NCBI GenBank assembly: GCA_000320545.1
Contig: ADNK01000503.1
Location: 62,001 to 126,000, forward strand
DNA from: Bigelowiella natans CCMP2755
Taxonomy: Eukaryota; Protista; Cercozoa
Length of the DNA: 64,000 nt
Direction of reading: 5' to 3'
Shown here: positions 25,147-39,159 of the stretch, one piece after another
Position numbering within the stretch: the stretch's first letter is position 1
Layout: each line of letters begins with the position of its first letter
Notes under the pieces: model-generated
The model's input: only the letters and a program-made list of their open reading frames with translations
What the model was told of the DNA's origin: nothing
Databases searched by the model: none
Position numbers and translations under genes: made by a program

Positions 25147-28100
25147 CATACACTAGTTTCACCACTCGCGAGTCATAATTATAATTGCATATCATCTGCC
25201 AGCTGGTACTACTTCCTTATTTCATCCTACTACCTGCGACAGGAACTTCTCGGATTTTGTGAAGGCTAACGACGCGAATCCGCATACAAGTCCAAGACCG
25301 GCATAAAGAGGGAGCTAATGGAATTGTTTGTTGCAAGAAAGGAAACAACAAGAAGGGCTCATCATCATCGTCATCAGCAGCAGCATCATCGTCATGATCA
25401 TCACACTCGTAACATCTGCATGTGAAGCCAGTCATTCGCCAACATGAAGGTAGGATATACGGTGATGATAGAAAGCACCGTGCTCTAATGCTAAATTACC
25501 TCGAAGTACGACCCAAGTTGATACTGCGGTATGGCGAATAGAGCTGGGGCCTTATTTGAACATTTCACCAGCAGCAGCAGCAGTCAACGAACAAACGTGT
25601 AAGTTCCAAATGCATTTTCCAAAGAAACGATGATGTTCAATCAAAAGATTGATTTGACTCGTATCAATGTTTCCCTCACCTCTCCCAGGCCTATCCTCGA
25701 GGTAACAGCAGCAACTGCAGCCTGATTGGATCATAATCATCATTATCACCATCTTGTCGCCATCGTAATTGCGACATTTTCGGAATTGTCCAAAATAAAA
25801 GCAAAAAAGTTTGATAGTACAGAGGGGGGGATATTGCTTGCTGCTGTTGATAATTGCTGCACACATAGGTTATTGCTATTGATAGGATAGGGAATATACG
25901 ATGGTGTCCGTACCGCTACCACAACGGCTGCTAAATCATCTTGGCTACGAAGCCGGGAGGGAGGGGGGGAAGACGCAAAACCGGAGGCTGATTCCAAGGC
26001 GAAGAGTACTCTGCAATTTCGTGTTTGTATAAGTGAAAATGAATAGTTTTTCTTTCTTTAACAATGGTATGACACCATCTATATCATCGCCAAAAACATC
26101 GAACAAATAGCCAAAAGCAGCGTTGGTTTCCGTCTAGAACTACTGCGCAATAAGATCTATTGCATGCCAAAAATCACAAGCGAATTCTTGACAGATCTAG
26201 ATGGAGGTCCTTGGTTGGTAAACATGTAATGAATAACGATGATAATACGCACCCTGACACAGGAGCATCAAACCCTGCGCTCACCCCAGCAGCCATTCCC
26301 TAGCACGAGATCAATGATGACGACGACCACGAGGAGAGGAGGAGGAGGAGAAGAGTAAAAAATGAGGCTACTCGTTACGAGTGAAGATACGTCATCACCA
26401 CGTCATTAGCATGTATGTGTGTAGTAGTGCTGGTCGATCCTACCGCATAGATGGCTGGGTAGAGCATCGAGGGAGAGCTCGAAAGGGCTTTCTATACGTT
26501 TGGGAAGAAATAGCGGAATTGGAGAGGGGTGGGGGCCAGTCAGTGAGTAAATTATGAACATAATGATATCTAATTGAAAGAAGTAGAAGAAGAAGAAGAA
26601 GAAGAAGAAGAAGAAGAAGGATAATAACAGACGCTACGATCGATGGGGAACATATGTTTGTTTCTCGAGAGACCAAAGGAATCACACCATCGGTCTATTC
26701 AGTACCATATGATGAAAAGTTTGTGAGTTGGCATATCATCATTATTTTAACTACTATGTAATTCGTTTTAATGATCACCGCCCACGCCTTTCCAATCTCG
26801 ACGCTCGGTCCTTCTGGGCCTAGAGAGTTCCCGCTCCCTAATAAATAGAAAGATAAACGACTACTACTTGGGAGGAGGGAGGGAGGGGGGCTATGTGCTA
26901 GGAGTAGGAGAAGAAGAAGGAGGCGGAAGAGAATAATATTCTTCTCGTCTGCTGCCGTAGACGACCTAGGTTAATGCACGCCGCTGCAACTTTCGCAGCC
27001 TGGCTTCTCTCGTTCTTAATGCTCCAAGTTATGAGACTTGATGATCGCTTGTCCGTTAATGCAAGCAGCAGCGTAGATATTACACCGCCTGTGTCGTATT
27101 CATTGTTGATAGTCAGAAATAACACACTTTTAGACTTCTTAGCTATCGTACACGTATGGATGGTATATGTCTATTTTATGCTGCACACCAATACAACCGA
27201 TGATGGCTACAAGTAGTAGAAGTAGTAGAAGTGGTAGTAGTAGTAGTTGTAGCAAGAGTAGTTGTCGTAGTAGTAGTAGCACCAAATATCGGAGCGAAAA
27301 AGTGCTTATTCCACTGAGATGGGAATATGTGAAGCGGGTCTGCAGGCACTCCAGGGATCTCATATCCAAGTGCCTTGATTGCGCTGATAATATTCGAGTG
27401 CCGCCGCCAATGTTTTCATTAATAAAAGAGAGGAGAAATTGCAAAATAATAAGAAAGACGAAGCAAAATAATACCTATGCCCTTGGGGAGACGATGAGAC
27501 GCTAAACAAGTCTTGAAGAATGTGTACTGTTGTTGAAAAAAGCACCACGGTGATCCCAGTCATCAATCCCTGTGCAGAGAATTCGAAACAAAACCAAATT
27601 TGAGAAATCTAACAAGTTTTTTGTCATCACTACAACGATGAGGACAGGAGACCCGATGGGAAAAGGAGAATGAACAGTATTCATGCATACCACTCCCATC
27701 CCAAGCCAAAGCTCCTCACTGAATTCAAGATACTGTTGCTGCTGGCTGTCGCTACTTGTAGGTGTAGATTGAGTTGTAGTAGTGGAAATCGATTTGATCG
27801 TCATATCTCCTTGAGATTTTCTTCCATCAGCTTCAATAACGCCGCCGTCACCATCACCACCGTTACTACTTCTACTTGTAGTGGCAGTGCGGATGACTGC
27901 TGGCTTTGGAACATCGTCTTTCCCATTTCTACGCCCTTCATCAACCTCAGCAGCTCTAACATGTAAACATTTATTCCTCAATCTGAAAGCCAAGGAATTT
28001 GTCGTCATCAGACAGCTGCTAGCTTTTGTATGGCGCAGACGGCGATAAAGCACCGCTTGCTGCATTTTGGCATCTCTGCCATCATAAGAAGACGCGGACA

Positions 28101-28329
28101 CTACTGCATTAGGGAGTAGTAATGGTAGCGAAATAAGAAAGAGGAGAATTGGAATCGCAAGAGAAGTAACTCGGGATAATGGTGATGCGTAGTCTTGGAG
28201 CGGCGACGACGTCGACGGTTCCTGATTGTCTTTTTCGCATGAAATTCCTCTCACTGCTGCTCCTCCTTCACCATAGTTCGATGGGATCATATCTAGTAGA
28301 CATGTCCCCTCCCTCCTTCGCTTATCCAT
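22206..28329 (-). CDS. CLC chloride channel, CLC-e/f type, with a bipartite (signal plus transit-like) leader, multi-exon
   Basis: Exons encode GSGNSLGPEGPSVEIGKA (about 26780-26840), GMAAGVSAGFDAPVS, VLFALESA, LPLYAGLGLVCG, KYPEV..GFGN, GGIYAPSLFIGAALG and GMAATLAGICRIPLTASLILFEITRDYG. Leader is SLAIPILLFLISLPLLLPNAVVSA followed by an Arg-rich stretch ending LHVRA. The C-terminal end is less certain. Confidence 0.9.
24748..24860 (+). repeat. Cluster of three poly-G runs (25, 12 and 15 G) in a CLC intron
   Basis: Read directly at 24748-24772, 24816-24827 and 24846-24860. Confidence 0.85.
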
Positions 28330-29060
28330 GCGAGATTTGTCATTTGTTGTCAAAAGCGGAAGCAGGAGCTTGTGGGGACAGGGAGCCACAGCCTCTCAAT
28401 GCACGTGGTAGATGTGGCAATGTTTCAGCGACAAGTTGTTCACCTTGTCGCACTTTGGGAATCCAGTCGTTTTGTCGTTGGGCGAGCTAGGCAAATATTT
28501 GAGCCATATCTTTCGAAGGAGCAGAAAACTGAACATAGAGACAAATATTTTCCTATGTCTCGGTTCATTTTGTCTCATGTTCTTCATGAGTGTGGAGTCG
28601 AAACCGAATACTGACATTAGATCGTTATTTTTTGAAATAATATCGTACCGAAAATAACTAAGACAGGGTGAAGATGATGATGAGCACCAAGACTCTACAG
28701 CCAAGTCGTCAGTCCTCACAAATCACAAAAACAATACACCATTCCGTCTGCGGCGTCCTGTCCCCCACGAACAGGGTGTGGCGGCTCAAAGCGTAAAGGT
28801 ACATATGCCCAACTACACAAAAGCGAATGCAGGGTCTTAGGGGACAAATAGACAGAGAGTTGTGTACCTTCCAGATAGCGGTGTCATTAATCGTCGTTGT
28901 TCTTGCTTGGACACTTACAGCTCTCCTAATTCTGTGAGCGATGAGGAACCTTAGTTACATAGCTGATATTACTGTGTGGCCTACCACCTAAGGTTAACTT
29001 GCGTCCGTTCGAAGCGCTGTAAGACTATAGCAACAGGAAAATCAAAAGAAGGAGGGAAGG

Positions 29061-30267
29061 ATGCCGACAACCAACCAGCGTCCTCGCAATAAGGAGATTG
29101 AGCGCGCCGCCTACACCTGCCCGCACCTACACGAATTCTGGCAGCAGGGAGGCTTGCGCGATATCGTTGGATTGATTGTGTACATCCGTCTTATAAAATC
29201 GAATAGAGGTGGCACGGGTGTAAAGTTACCCGAAAGTAGGCCAACGTGCCTTCAGTGCAATGGCTGCCATTCTGCCATTTCTCAGCTGCATGGATGCTTG
29301 GAATGTAAGTCACCCACCATGCACGTACTATCACATATTATTCACAAGTACTATTTCCATGGATTTTGCAAAATTACTCTTCTTTTTCCTCATTGGTAAT
29401 TTTTTAGGCGTCCATTTCGCGTGTATGAGGAAGGGGCATTTTCGCCACCATCAAATCGCTTCTGACCATGCCCTCTCGATCGACATCGATAGAGAGACAT
29501 TTCACTGCAAAAAATGTGAGCGATCCCCTAGCTAAGCTACATTCTACATGATATTCATCAAAGAAGCAATAGTTGGCGAGTATCACTAACTGAAGCCCCC
29601 CGCCCTTCCCGCTGTCATTTGTAATAAAAAAACTTTATCAACACAGGCAATGACTATGTTTACGACTGGGAGTTGGATTTTGAACTCCAGAACCAACTAA
29701 ACACACACTCGCTTCGTTCCTCCTATATGCGTCGTATCGATGTGCTACACCAGCCCACTGAAAATGAGCGGAAGCTTATCAAGTCAGCTTTTCCCCCTCC
29801 CCCCCCCCCCTCTCTCTCTCCCTCATGTGTGTATGTGCGTGGTGTTCATTCTCTATTTCCCTCCCCCCCTCCCCCCCCTCCCATAGAGCTTGCTCGGTAC
29901 CTGTCCGAGAGCGAGCATCCAGGCCCTTGGGACTACGAGGAATGCAGAATCTAGGTGCTGAATGATCGATAATGACTTGAAGCAAATATTGATGATATAG
30001 AGTTTTCCCCCCACCCCCATCTTAACGGCACGTTATCATTATTATGACTCTTATTTTTGTTTTTGTCGTCACAGGAAATTCATGCTTTATGACGGTTGCG
30101 CTACATTCGCTTGTGGCCAACCCGTTCCTACGAAACTACTTCCTAGGAGACATGCATCATCCTTCTACTTGTGCCAAACGGTCAACGTCCTGCCTTACTC
30201 CGCTTGTGAAGGGGTCTTGAGTTGTTGTTTGAGGGGGAAGAAGCCAACGTCGAGGGAGATTGTGAAA

Positions 30268-30306
<39 letters not shown>

Positions 30307-31827
30307 GGGTTGTTTTTGTCCATAGGCGTCGTAACTAATGCTTCTTCTTTTTCTTCTATTTTCTCCTTCTTCCTGTGATATACCATGCTACAACTTACAG
30401 GCGACTCGGAGATGAGTGCTTGGCGTGCGAACTTGCTAACCTTTTCGCCTTGATGTAGGAGCACACAACACTACCATTCGTCATCATTAGTATTTATTAG
30501 ATCATTGAAGATGCAAGATTTTCTTGCTATTGCTAATTTTATCATCTAACTAGGTTCAATGGCCAAGAAAAGCCGTACAGTCCTCATCGGTTTCTCTATG
30601 CCGTGTGGTAATGCATTAGATATCAGCATGATAATATGTATTATTTATGTAACTGTATTGTTTGAGAGTCTATTTCCATGGCTCACACTAGTGATTGATG
30701 CTGCTAAGATTATACATGGGCATGGTGTCGATGTTAAAGCGACTGTGAATATGGTTCATCACCAGCATTGTTATTGGAAAAGCTAAAGCATAATCATCAA
30801 TATCCACCATGTCATCATCATTATCATCATCATCATCATCATAATGACATCTTCGTTTTATCCATCGTGTTTCAGGAACGAGTCCAAGCACTTGAGCGGA
30901 TATCGTCAGCAAGATGCTCATGAGTTTCTATCTGTGGTAATTAGAAGAAGAAGAAGAAGAAGAAGAAGAAGAAGAAGAAGAAGAAGAAGAAGCAGTAGTA
31001 GTAGTGGTATTCAAAACCAGAATCAATCAATCACCAAGACGATGATATTAGAAAGTTCATCTCTGTCGCATGTAATCGTTGCGAAGGGGGAATAGTAGTA
31101 AATCATCGCATCTACCCGAATATGACAAAATAAAGTTCCTCCAACCACATTCACTCTCCTCCTCCTCTTCTTCCTATAGGTACTCAATGCACTACACAAG
31201 TGCTGTCTCCCCATTACTACAGATAGCTCTTCCTCCTCCTCCTCCTCCTCCTCCTCCTCCTCCTCCTCCTCCCAACGCATGCCCTTCAACGCTTCTAATA
31301 AGAAGATTTCCTCCAACACCGCAATGATGTTGTCATCTCCCACCGCTGTCTCAATGCATTCTCCCAGTGCCTCCAAGTGCAAATGCGCCATACATCGCAT
31401 ATTCGGTGCTCTAACTAACTCCGAGAGATAGAAGACAGACAAATAGGATGATATGCAGGAAAAAGAAGAAGAGAAGAGGAAGGAGAAAGAGAAAAGATGT
31501 ATGCGCTATTTTATTGTTCATGAGAGCAAGAAATCAAATCGTAGGACCAGGATCGTTAACTCCTCTACTATGCCCCTCTCCCCCCCCCCCCCCAACCTTG
31601 GACAGGAGGATCTCTGCGATCCGATGTTACGTGCCTTAAATGCCAGCGATGCTCCTCCTCGATCGAGCCGATGTTCTATATTTGCCTCGATATCTACTTT
31701 AAGAAGGAAGATAAGAGCCGGTCTTTTGTTTAGATTAGTAGCTGAAGCAGCAGTATTTACTAGTAGTAATAATAATGGTAGTAATAGAGGTAATCATACT
31801 TTGGGTGGGCAGGTGCTGTGTATGATG

Positions 31828-31870
<43 letters not shown>

Positions 31871-32745
31871 AAGTATCTCATCTCATCTGATTTTTCTCTC
31901 CCCCTCCTCCTCCTCCTCATCATCATCATCATCCTCATCCTCCTCTTCCACCATCATATTGATAATTAAGGTTGGACAGTGTGCCCCCCACTACCTCGAT
32001 GCAGCAGCAGCAGGTATCATCAGTGATGTATGCTGACAATGGCGATGATAAGAATGAGTAATAGCCGAGTATGGCAACAACAACAACAACAACAACAACA
32101 CATGTGGAAGAGATCTGTCGGAACAGAAATACTACCGTTATTCAAGGCATCATCGTGTGTGTCGTCATCATCATCATTCTCCTCGGCCTATTGCAATTTT
32201 TCGTTTCCTAAGCTACGAATCTTCCTCTCATCAGAAAATATGTATATTCGAAACCTATTAATTTCTCTATGGCGACGGTGCTCTGTCATCTATCATCATC
32301 CGCAGGGAAAGTTTGGTACAGGAGGAGGAAACACCACTAATGCTGCATCTGCCCATTTCAATTCGAGTGGGGGGGGTACAGGCGGTGCGAAAGCCAGCCT
32401 CAATGCGGCCAACAAAGTCAATGGCAGCAGTGCAAACGCTACTTCACATGTTCATGGAGGAGGAGGGGGGGGAGGGGGAAATGCCGCCGCTAAAAACAAC
32501 AAAAAGCGTGCCCGGAGGTGATTACCATGTTGCTTAATGTTAGATATCATATGAAGTCAATATATGAATGATGTGAAGTAATTACTTTCACATATTATTA
32601 TTCCAGATGTGTATGTTTGGCTTCTAATCATTAAATTCGTTGTTTGTCAGCCCTCCCTTGACCCACAATCAGCAACGCAACACAAACACTAGCTCGTTTG
32701 AGAAGAAGTCTAAGATACAAGGCGTGGAACCGATATATCTCAGGT

Positions 32746-32801
<56 letters not shown>

Positions 32802-34063
32802 AAGAGGCTCGCAATATGAGACAGTCATGTTTCATTGATATAATCATATTCACCTTCTTTATAACCAACTCACTATTGTCGCCGTCGGCCTGTTTATGCG
32901 TTCGCGCAGCTTCTTAACGCTTCGAGAATGCCTGGAGGCGTATGTTTTAAAAGAAAATCTCGGGCGCTCTGATCCTGTTTTCTGCTCAAGATGTCAAAGC
33001 TATCAAACGTAAAGAAAATACAGGGGGGGGTGGGGGAGATGGACAGCATAAAATAGCAGACAAATACACGCACACCACACTCGTACGCACACATACACAC
33101 AAGTTTATTTTGAATATGTTACAGAAGGTATTCTCTCGAAATCTATAATATGCACATGATCCATCGTCATCATCCTCATCATAAACATCAACCTCATCAC
33201 CTATCAGTTGTGCAAAGCAGATGACAATGCATGAGTTGCCTCCTACACTGACGTTCCAACTGAAGCGATTTTGCCAACAACCGAGCACAAAGAGGTCAAT
33301 ATGTAGAAGGGAGAGAAAGGAGGTTTTTGTTGATGAAAAGCAGTCGATGTGCTTCTCCTTCTAATGAAAAGCCATCATATAGGTGGTACAAGAATAAAAG
33401 TCACATATCGTTTCCACTTGATGGCCTGGATCTTTCGGCCTTTTCGAAGCAGCAGCAGACAAAGATGGCAATAGAGGTTACACTAAACACACACACACAC
33501 ACACATACATAGAGAGAGAGAGAGAGAACCGTAATTGCCACGGCTGGCATAAGGTCATGCCTTCATCTCAAAATTTTTGTATTGAGTTTAACTTGCGGAA
33601 CGTTACAAATATTGACTATGAGCTACCACATAAACAGAAGAATGGTGAGAAAACGGGTTCATCATTTTCCTACCCGCAGCTTTACGACTTATATTCCGTG
33701 ATAGTCCATAAAGGCACTCTTGAGAACGGTAGAAGAGGCGTACACTAGTATTGTTAGCTTCTCATACAAAAAGACATGATGATTTGCTATTTGTTCCAGG
33801 CCACTATATCTGCTATATTCGGAAGAAAAGTCAGTGGTATAAGTGCGATGACTCAATCGTCATGATGACGACGAAGTAAACCAAATAGATTAACGATGAT
33901 GACAAAAACATCTACAGAATCATATCGAAAACCTGAGTTTTCTTCATGATCAAAATTGTTAATTGTTTCTGTTTCGTTATGATATATACATTTCAGACAC
34001 GAAGTACTCGAATCGGAAGCGTACCTCTTGTTTTATGCTCGGCGCACCATTCGACAACGGTAG
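29061..34063 (+). CDS. USP22: Ubiquitin-specific protease, USP22/Ubp8 type (ZnF-UBP plus USP catalytic domain), multi-exon
   Basis: N-terminal CPHL..CLQC..LHGCLEC..FAC..HFRHH..H..FHCKKC|NDYVYD. Cys box GLRGMQNLG|NSCFM..NPFLRNYFLGDMH, then HLSGYRQQDAHEFL and ELPPTLTFQLKRF. His box LYDLYSVIVHKGTLEN|GHYICYIR..WYKCDDS..EAYLLFY. TAG at 34061-34063. Confidence 0.92.
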
Positions 34064-34697
34064 CACCTAGGCTTGCGACGTCGTTGCAGCAATAGCTTAC
34101 GATTACTCATTTGATACGTACGTTATAACGTGAATAATCACATACCAGTAAGATCAGAAATATGTACAACAGCGACGACGCATGCATGACATAAGGCAGC
34201 TTGGTGCCGCCATTGATCAAGTGTGCGCTCTAGATGTTGCATGACCAGCTAGCGCATAACAAGCAGGTATTTTATTGTATAGCTATATCTGCATATATGC
34301 GAGACTAACTATTGAAAAACTGTAATTGCATTTCGCTACCTGCTTCATGTATCTTTCATGTGGCGTGTGCACAAATCTAGACATGCTCATGCGATGCTGT
34401 TGCGACAGATCCGCAGCAGCATGTCTGCATGCTAAAGCTTTTATTTGAATATACTCACATCCTTCGTATCTATTGCAGCAGCAAATATGCAACGGATGAC
34501 ATGCTAAGCACAATAAAGGCATGTTGTATACGTTTGGATGAGTCCAATTGTGAACCGATTGTTGACTATACAGTAGCGTCAAATCTAAAACTTTGTAGTA
34601 TCGCAGTTATGATGTAGATAGAAACTTATTTATTATTTATTCTTGCAAAAATCTCGATTGTATACAAATCTGCTGCAATTTAATGATATTTATACTC

Positions 34698-34740
<43 letters not shown>

Positions 34741-34878
34741 TCATATAATACTAATACCATCTTCATGATGAAGACATAGAATGGTTTATTCGTGAGACTT
34801 GAAGTAACTTACTAGCTCGTTCGCTCTACTACATTTACTAATCTTATCTTAATGATGAATCACAGATAGATTCCAGGG

Positions 34879-37200
34879 TCACTCCCATTGAGCTCTCAAA
34901 CGAGAATTCAAATTGCGTTTGGGTCTTAATTTTGTGCGGCTATGGACTCGTGTACGCAACTTGTTAAAAGAATTTTGAAATCCCTGAGACATTATTCGGT
35001 GACAGCAGTGTCAGTAACGGTGGATGCACGATAATCACTAAAGTAGATTCGTGTGATTTTCGTGTTCATATTTTCAATTGAGGTGGCGAATATAACAAGG
35101 AGGATTTTATAAAAAGTGCTAACTTATCGATATACTATTACCGGATCGTACACGTATGCACCAGGTCCTGGTGATGCAGCTCCTTGAACCTGAACAAGAA
35201 AGTGAAGAATATATAACTCATCTACTGACTACTTGGAACTCCAAACAAGTAATGTAACCTTCTCTCCAAAAGGACATCTTCGGTCGGTACTATGCTTTGG
35301 CCGAATCTTCCTGGTTTTCTTCCTAGAAGTGTGTGAAAGAGAGAGAGTACCAGAATTGTGTGTGTAATGCTGGGTGAGGGATAGGAGCAGAATGCGAATT
35401 GAGACATCAAACTTGAATTTTGGAATTACGATGTTATTGATTCGCCTCTCCCGTAAGTCTTTGCTAGATATGCTCTGAAAATTTCATGCACAATCCATAC
35501 GGAGCACACACACCACGATTAGCGTGGATCACACACGTTGGTCACTCAAATCTCAACAGTAGACAATTACCTCCTTGTTCGTGCTCTCTCCTTCGCCATA
35601 GCAGATGCTCGATTGAACTAACCAATGTAGTAGCAACGCTTCATTCAGAATCTTTGTTAAAAGTAGACGACGAGCTGACCTTGCATTGATTGGCATGAAG
35701 AAGTGTGTTTTTGTGTGTGTGAGGGGGGGGGGCTCTATACAAATTATAACCTCGGTAAAAGCTGAGAGATATGAATATACGGGGCCTGGAGAATCATGAG
35801 TAGATTCCTAGAAGCATATAACAGATTTCAGGTAGAAGCTCTCTGTATCCATGTAATTTATTTGGTATGTCCCGTGTTGAGTTGTGCTTCTTTTAAAAAG
35901 AACGTCACCCCCCATCTTTTTTGCCTCGGCACAGCTGCGGAAGGTGACTTAGGCCTGCAAGTAGTAAAGGGTAAGGATTGATGATGACTTTTTCGAAGGA
36001 AGAATTTTGGTTTTTGATATTGCCTATTCTTTACGCCCGTCATATATGCAGGTCCTGGCGAGTCCCAGCCACGTGCTTTTCTCTGTAATAACATTGCACA
36101 ATTTTAGTACTTCTTTTTAGATTATGATATAACCACGTTCCATGATCTTAGATTAATGTAAAGAATGAGGATGAATTGTACCAAGGGGCCAACAACTTCA
36201 TATCTGAGTCCCGGGGTGTCTAAGCGTTGATTATCTCGTAAGTTTCACACATTATTTGGTATATCATTCCAAATCAAGATGTCGGATTTTCTACATGGTC
36301 GAATGGGGCCCTTTTCGTCGTTTCTTGTAGACTGAAATACACGATTATGACCCTAAATATAAAGCGATAAACAGATTATGAACATATATCCATGGTGACG
36401 ATGGTAAATTTCCAAGGATTTTGAGAGATATATTTCTTGTGTTGTTGGAGAGATAGAATACCATCGATGATTTGGGCCTTGGGTACACCTTTTAATGCAT
36501 TTACATTGGGTCAAATGTGATTCATCCAGCGAATATTAAAGACAACTTTGAACAAATTAATTTTTTTTGGAAGTGTGTGTTTTTATTATACCGCGCCAGT
36601 TCTATTCCTCCCGAAGTCACTGAAGTGGTTTTCCACTACGCTTCTCGCTACTGTTGGGGGGGGATACAGAACAAACATGCCGTATTTGAGCTTGTGGGTG
36701 CGATGATTCGTAGTAGTGCCTCAATTTCACATTTCCTCTATTGTACTCGTTTGCTTACAGGGTCCAGGAGAGCTGATTCCAACTTGTTCTCTCAGCTGTC
36801 CCTGGATTTCAAAACAGATTCAATGAGTTCTTTTTCAGTAGACCGAACACGGATCTTGTCAGTACCGGGAAGACAAATTTCTTGCCAGGCTCTACGAAAC
36901 GTCCTTCCCTGGTATTGATAATATTTGTTATAAATCGAAGAGATGCAAAAGTTTGAAATAATTGAAGCTTTGTCTTGGAAATCGAAAGAGCAAGGTTAAT
37001 GGGCGGAATTTTCCAATACTCTGTGAAGCATGCACTTGAGACAAAGAAGCGCTCAGTAATAGGCCTCCTCCCTGTCCGCTTTCGCATGATTCGTTCCAGA
37101 TAAACGAAACTGTTGTCAGCGGGGGCGTGGAGCTTTGCAGGACTGGTTTTATTCTCTCTTCCCTTAAGTGAAGCTTACTGTGTTGATGCGTAGGAGCTTG
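34879..37200 (-). CDS. SHIPPO/ODF3-like Pro-Gly-Pro repeat protein (axonemal type), multi-exon; start approximate
   Basis: Separate exons carry ISSPGP (about 36760), DTPGLRY (about 36210), DSPGPAY (about 36050), DSPGPVY (about 35785) and ASPGPGAY (about 35165). The last exon reads GFQNSFNKLRTR..RAQWE*, with TGA at 34879. Confidence 0.7.
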
Positions 37201-37732
37201 ATTTAGGATAATTATTCACGATATTATCAGTGTCTTTCGGAGAAAATTACCTGCAAACCCTTAAGAAAAACCTTTGGACTAGTTTAAACTGTCAGGCTAT
37301 TGATTGATAGAAGCCGGGAACATCCTTTCAAATTATTCTAAAATTCGTTTCCAGCAGCGGTAGTCTGAAAGTGAAACGGACGAAGAGCAACGAGCTTCTA
37401 CCTCTGAACTAAGGAATACCTCTACTGCGACAATGGATAATCGGTGGAAATGTGTATGTATGCTCGGATATGCGGAAATCAGTGTGATTTCAAGTCTAAG
37501 ACTAAGTGATTTGTTGACAGATTTCTAGGATTGGACATTTCAGAATTCACAACGCCGCCGACGATGCCTCCCGGCTGCTAGTGATAAGCAGCAGGTTGGT
37601 TGGTTTCACAAAGCAGAGAGCAGAGCAGAGAGACAGGGTGGTCTTGAATGGTTAATCAAGTAGGATCAAGTGCTCGATCGTGAATAGCCCTGGACCTTTC
37701 GGAGCATCCATGCTCACATTTTCATCCTCTTA

Positions 37733-38679
37733 ATGCTCGTGCGTATCACCAATTTTCGGCGAAGGAGAAAAGGCCATGGAAATGTCTGCCTTGGTCTCAG
37801 CTTAGGCTTAGTTGTAGCGCTAGCCATATGTTTGCTGCACTCCTTTCGTCTTCACCGTCGCCAACCCCTGCGGGAGGAGGGTTTCTATGAAAGATATTCT
37901 CGTGTGATGGTGGAAAGGAGAAGACGGGCGCCTGATCCTCCTCCCAGGTGTCATCAATTAGTTGCAATTTGCATGATTGTGGACTGGAGACTTATTAACA
38001 ACTATGTTTTTTGTTTTAGGCTTCCTTCCATCACCATGGCTGAATACGATGCTGCTAATGTGGGGTTCTGGCATCCTAATGGCTCTGAAACACCTGACGA
38101 CGAGCCTGACGAAAATGTAATGGAGGGGGTATACGATGCGGCGCAGATCCATAAGGCACAGATGGAGATATATGAAGAGGAACATGGAAAGGAAGCTTTA
38201 GAGGAACAATTAGCGTTGGCGATAGAGGCGGGAGAAGATGAAGACGATGAGGATGCGCAGACTCAACCTTCGGTGAAAGAAAAGGCAACTCATCCCTTGC
38301 TCGAAGATGAGGACATACTTGAAGAGGATCGTGCCGGTATAGAAGATACGGCATATCCTAAGACACAAGGGGGAATATTCAAGGACCCTATTTCTGGGAA
38401 AAGCAAAACTTATGAGGAGGTGAATAAATTTCGAGATAGTGAGGATGTGTTCTAAAAGTATTCTTAATCTTCAGCTATTTCCTGGAGAAGACATTGATTT
38501 ATCAAAACTACCGAAGCATTTGTAAGCATTAACAACTAATATTTTGAGTATTCATATTGACTAACAAGTTTACACTTTCCCCATTCGACAGGTTACCTTC
38601 AAAGCCGCTTGATCAGCTTACAGCTGAGGAACGTTTGGACATCCGTCAAAAGTTGAAACACGACAAATATGCTCCATAG
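37733..38679 (+). CDS. Orphan acidic protein with an N-terminal hydrophobic segment and Arg-rich leader, 4 exons
   Basis: MLVR..CLGLSLGLVVALAICLLHSFRLHRRQPLR..ERRRRAPDPPPR|LPSITMAEYD (Asp/Glu-rich)..KTYEE|LFPGEDIDLSKLPKHL|LPSKPLDQLTAEERLDIRQKLKHDKYAP*. All introns are GT-AG and frame-consistent. Confidence 0.75.
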
Positions 38680-38960
38680 GGTTCACCATATCTCTAAAAA
38701 TGCTATCTACTTTTTTTGGACCGTATGGTATAACTCGTACGCACTGAGTAGCTTGGTCCGATATGATAAAAATATTGCAAAATGGTTGGCTCCTTTCTAC
38801 TAGACGTCAGTTCATGTGCAACGTCTTGCATTTATTATTGGCGCATTCCGCGGATATCTAAAACTCCAGCACTTTTACTTTTGTAAAGATTTCTGATCCC
38901 TGTCAAGAAACCCTAGCAGGCGCTGACTCTAAATATCATGACTACATATTGTGATTGTGT

Positions 38961-39121
38961 AGTGATGTATCTAGCTATGTCTAGATGTATGCACATATGC
39001 CAGACATAGATGGCTACATGCGCGCATAGGCAACAGAACTAAACCTATCTGCAATGCTAGCATAAACATATCTAGATATGTCCATAGTTTATACAAGAGA
39101 GCTAGGCTGATGACGACGGGG

Positions 39122-39159
<38 letters not shown>

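Noticed and set aside
28428-28451. 8-bp hairpin GCGACAAG/CTTGTCGC upstream of CLC
   Set aside because: Several such stems are expected by chance in 64 kb, and there is no other support.
11009-28768. Identical TGTCCCCCAC in two divergent promoter gaps (11009 and 28759)
   Set aside because: Several shared 10-mers are expected by chance among a few kb of promoter DNA, and I did not see it in the other gaps.
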